Source of the DNA: an uncultured Solibacteraceae bacterium | GTDB taxonomy: Bacteria > Acidobacteriota > Vicinamibacteria > Vicinamibacterales > SCN-69-37 | Direction of reading: 5' to 3' | NCBI GenBank assembly: GCA_964419785.1 | Contig: CAYQRM010000046.1 | Location: 9,473 to 73,472, forward strand | Length of the DNA: 64,000 bases | In this document: piece after piece, positions 61,890-64,000 of the stretch | Position numbering within the stretch: position 1 is the first letter of the stretch | Layout: each line of letters begins with the position of its first letter | Position numbers and translations under genes: made by a program | Notes under the pieces: generated by a model | What the model was told of the DNA's origin: nothing | The model's input: the letters and a program-made list of their open reading frames with translations, nothing else | Databases searched by the model: none

Positions 61890-63653
61890 TCAGGTCAGCG
61901 CTTCGACTTCTGCCTCCAGCAACTGTCTTCGGTGCATCTCCGCGTACAGCCCATCCCGGGCCACCAGCGAATCGTGCGTCCCGCGCTCGGCGACGCGGCC
62001 GCGGTCCAGCACGAGGATCTCGTCGGCGTCGCGGACGGTGGAAATGCGATGCGCGATGATCAGGCACGCGCGCGATCGGCGAACGCCGCGCAGACCGTGA
62101 AGGATCGTCTCTTCCGTCGCCGTGTCCACGGCCGACAGCGCATCGTCGAGCACGAGAATGCGCGGGTCGATCGCGAGCGCGCGCGCGAGGGCGACGCGCT
62201 GCTTCTGGCCGCCCGACAGCGTGATGCCCCGCTCGCCGAGCACGGTCTCGAGTCCTTGCGCGAAGCCTTGGACGTCGGCCGAGAGCCCGGCGGTCGAGAC
62301 GGCGCTGTCGACGTGGGCTCGCGCCGGTTCCGCCCGCCAGTCGCCGGGCAACCCGAACGCTACGTTCGCGCCGATCGTTTCGGAGAACAGAAATGGTTCC
62401 TGGGGGACGACGCCAATCGCACGGCGCAGGCCGTCGAGCGGCAGATCGCGAATGTCGGTGCCGTCAACGAACACGGTCCCCGCCGGCGGCTCGTGCAGGC
62501 GTGGCAACAGCTGGACGAGCGTCGACTTTCCCGAGCCGGTCGCGCCCACCAACGCGACCGTCCGTCCAGGCTCGAGCACGAACGACACGTCTTCGAGCGC
62601 GTTGGTCGCGACCTTCGGGTACCGGAACGTCAAGTGGCGAACCTCGAGGCGACCTGACAGGTCGAGCTGCGCGTCGACGCGCGAAGGTCCGGCGCCGGCG
62701 GCCGGGGCGTCGAGCACCTCGAGCATGCGCTCCCACGATGCGACGCCGCGCTGGACGATGTTGATCACCCACCCGAACGCGATGAGCGGCCAGCTCAGCA
62801 AGACGAGGTACCGGCCAAACGCGACAAACTCGCCGAGCGTCAGCCGTCCGCCGATCACGTCGCGGCCGCCGAACCACAGCACGAGCAGCCCGCTCAACCC
62901 GAAGCAGAACGTCAGGCTCGGAAAGAACGCGGACTGCAGCCGAATCAACCCGCGGTTGCGTCGCACGTACTCGTCGTTCGCGCTCTTGAACCGCGCGAGC
63001 TCGAACGCCTCCTGCCGGTACGCGCGGACGACGCGCACGCCCGACAGCGCTTCTTGAACGACGGCGCTCAAATCCGCGAGCTGTGCCTGAATGCGCTCGA
63101 AGCGATCGTGAATCGCGCTGCCGAAATAGCGCGTGGCGATCGTGACCGCCGGCAGCGGCAGCAACGCGATGAGCGTCAGCTGCCAATCGATCGCAAACAT
63201 GAGCGAGACGGCGATTACAAAACCGAGCGCGGTACTACAAAAATACATCACGGCCGGACCGACCATCATCCGCACCGCGCTTAAATCGTTGGTGGCGCGG
63301 GACATAAGATCGCCCGTGCGATTTGCCTGGAAATACGCCAGCGGCAGACGCTCGAGATGCGCGAAGAAGGCGTTGCGCAGGTCATATTCGATCCGCCGAG
63401 AGGCGCCGATAAGCAGAGAGCGCATCAGGTAGCGGAACCCTCCGTCGGCGATGGCCAGCATGAGCGTCAGCGCCGCCAGCCACGCAAGCCGGGTCCGACT
63501 GATGCCCTGGGTGAGGCCGTCGATGACGTACTTCAAGACCCAGGGCGCCACGAGCGAAATCGCCGTGGCGACGAGGATGCAGGCGAGCCCGGCCACGAAC
63601 GATCGTCGGGTGCGCCGGATGTACGGAAGAAGGCGCGCGAGCGCCCGGACCAT
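61890..63653 (-). CDS. ABC exporter, fused permease/ATPase, heterodimer partner 1
   Basis: MVRALARLLPYIRR..., Walker A GATGSGKSTL, signature LSGGQKQRVALARA, Walker B ILVLDDALS. The track N-terminal extension was rejected. Confidence 0.92.
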   Translation of the reverse strand: MVRALARLLPYIRRTRRSFVAGLACILVATAISLVAPWVLKYVIDGLTQGISRTRLAWLAALTLMLAIADGGFRYLMRSLLIGASRRIEYDLRNAFFAHLERLPLAYFQANRTGDLMSRATNDLSAVRMMVGPAVMYFCSTALGFVIAVSLMFAIDWQLTLIALLPLPAVTIATRYFGSAIHDRFERIQAQLADLSAVVQEALSGVRVVRAYRQEAFELARFKSANDEYVRRNRGLIRLQSAFFPSLTFCFGLSGLLVLWFGGRDVIGGRLTLGEFVAFGRYLVLLSWPLIAFGWVINIVQRGVASWERMLEVLDAPAAGAGPSRVDAQLDLSGRLEVRHLTFRYPKVATNALEDVSFVLEPGRTVALVGATGSGKSTLVQLLPRLHEPPAGTVFVDGTDIRDLPLDGLRRAIGVVPQEPFLFSETIGANVAFGLPGDWRAEPARAHVDSAVSTAGLSADVQGFAQGLETVLGERGITLSGGQKQRVALARALAIDPRILVLDDALSAVDTATEETILHGLRGVRRSRACLIIAHRISTVRDADEILVLDRGRVAERGTHDSLVARDGLYAEMHRRQLLEAEVEALT

Positions 63654-63668
63654 GGAGGCAGTATAGCA

Positions 63669-64000
63669 ATGCGATTTCTGACGAAGCGCGCATCGGCCCG
63701 CCGGTGCTTCCAGCTCGCGACGATCGCCGCGGCCATCGCCGCGTGCGCCGCGCGTCCCGCCCTGGCGCAGGACCGGCCCGGCAGCAACGACGCCATTGGC
63801 GAGAAGTACCACGTCGAGGTCGCCGGCGCGTTGTGGAACCCGACACTCTTCGGCCAGATTTCGAGCGACCAGTTCGGGATCATCGGCAGCAACATCGATC
63901 TCAACTCGGATCTCAAGTTCGAGCAGACGCGCTTCAGGGATTTGCGCTTCGTCTTGCGGCCCGCCACGAAGCACAAGTTCAAGCTGCAGTACACGCCGAT
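63669..64000 (+). CDS. 5' part of a secreted (probably outer-membrane) protein, runs off window end
   Basis: Not in the ORF track because it has no stop. Translation from the ATG at 63669: MRFLTKRASARRCFQLATIAAAIAACAARPALAQD... then strand-like FRDLRFVLRPATKHKFKLQYTP. Confidence 0.55.
   Translation, partial: MRFLTKRASARRCFQLATIAAAIAACAARPALAQDRPGSNDAIGEKYHVEVAGALWNPTLFGQISSDQFGIIGSNIDLNSDLKFEQTRFRDLRFVLRPATKHKFKLQYTP

Noticed and set aside
1-64000. Defence island, prophage, toxin-antitoxin, restriction-modification, secretion system or biosynthetic gene cluster.
   Set aside because: No gene in the window shows hallmark motifs of these classes: nucleases with ATPases, integrases or recombinases, capsid or terminase, PIN/HEPN/RelE-type small pairs, methyltransferase-endonuclease pairs, PKS/NRPS. 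Composition is uniform apart from two short AT-rich promoter regions. The unknowns present are envelope proteins in housekeeping context.

Overview
High-GC, densely packed bacterial chromosomal segment. Gene content (ECF/anti-sigma/HEAT modules, a sortilin-like BNR protein, paired M16 peptidases) suggests an Acidobacteriota- or Gemmatimonadota-like soil organism; this is inference only. I call about 62 CDS, many with 1-14 nt start/stop overlaps, and almost all are core functions. They include thrS-infC-rpmI-rplT-pheS-pheT-(ZapB-like)-zapA-[6S RNA candidate]-thiL, gatCA, xseAB-ispA-tlyA-nadK, lpxD and lpxB, acnA, queG, mltG-ruvX, two divergent hsp20 genes and tRNA-Val(GAC). Many track ORFs carry spurious N-terminal extensions or are antisense artefacts of the GC content; I trimmed starts using overlaps, SD sites and family N-termini. 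I see no integrase, transposase, CRISPR array, toxin-antitoxin pair or recognisable defence gene, so I cannot support a claim of a novel protein-encoded system. The main signal the ORF track does not explain is a set of at least 12 gene-boundary hairpin or tandem 'word-repeat' elements, plus one in-frame copy inside pheS. Their arms reach about 125 nt, some loci share sequence, and some supply stop codons or C-terminal tails to flanking genes. Other points: a 6S RNA candidate downstream of zapA, a probable AUC start for infC, a PheT lacking the OB-fold tRNA-binding domain, a domain-permuted aconitase-family protein, SD-sequestering hairpins, and three translationally coupled envelope modules of unknown function. 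All coordinates were derived by hand from the sequence and may be off by a few nt.
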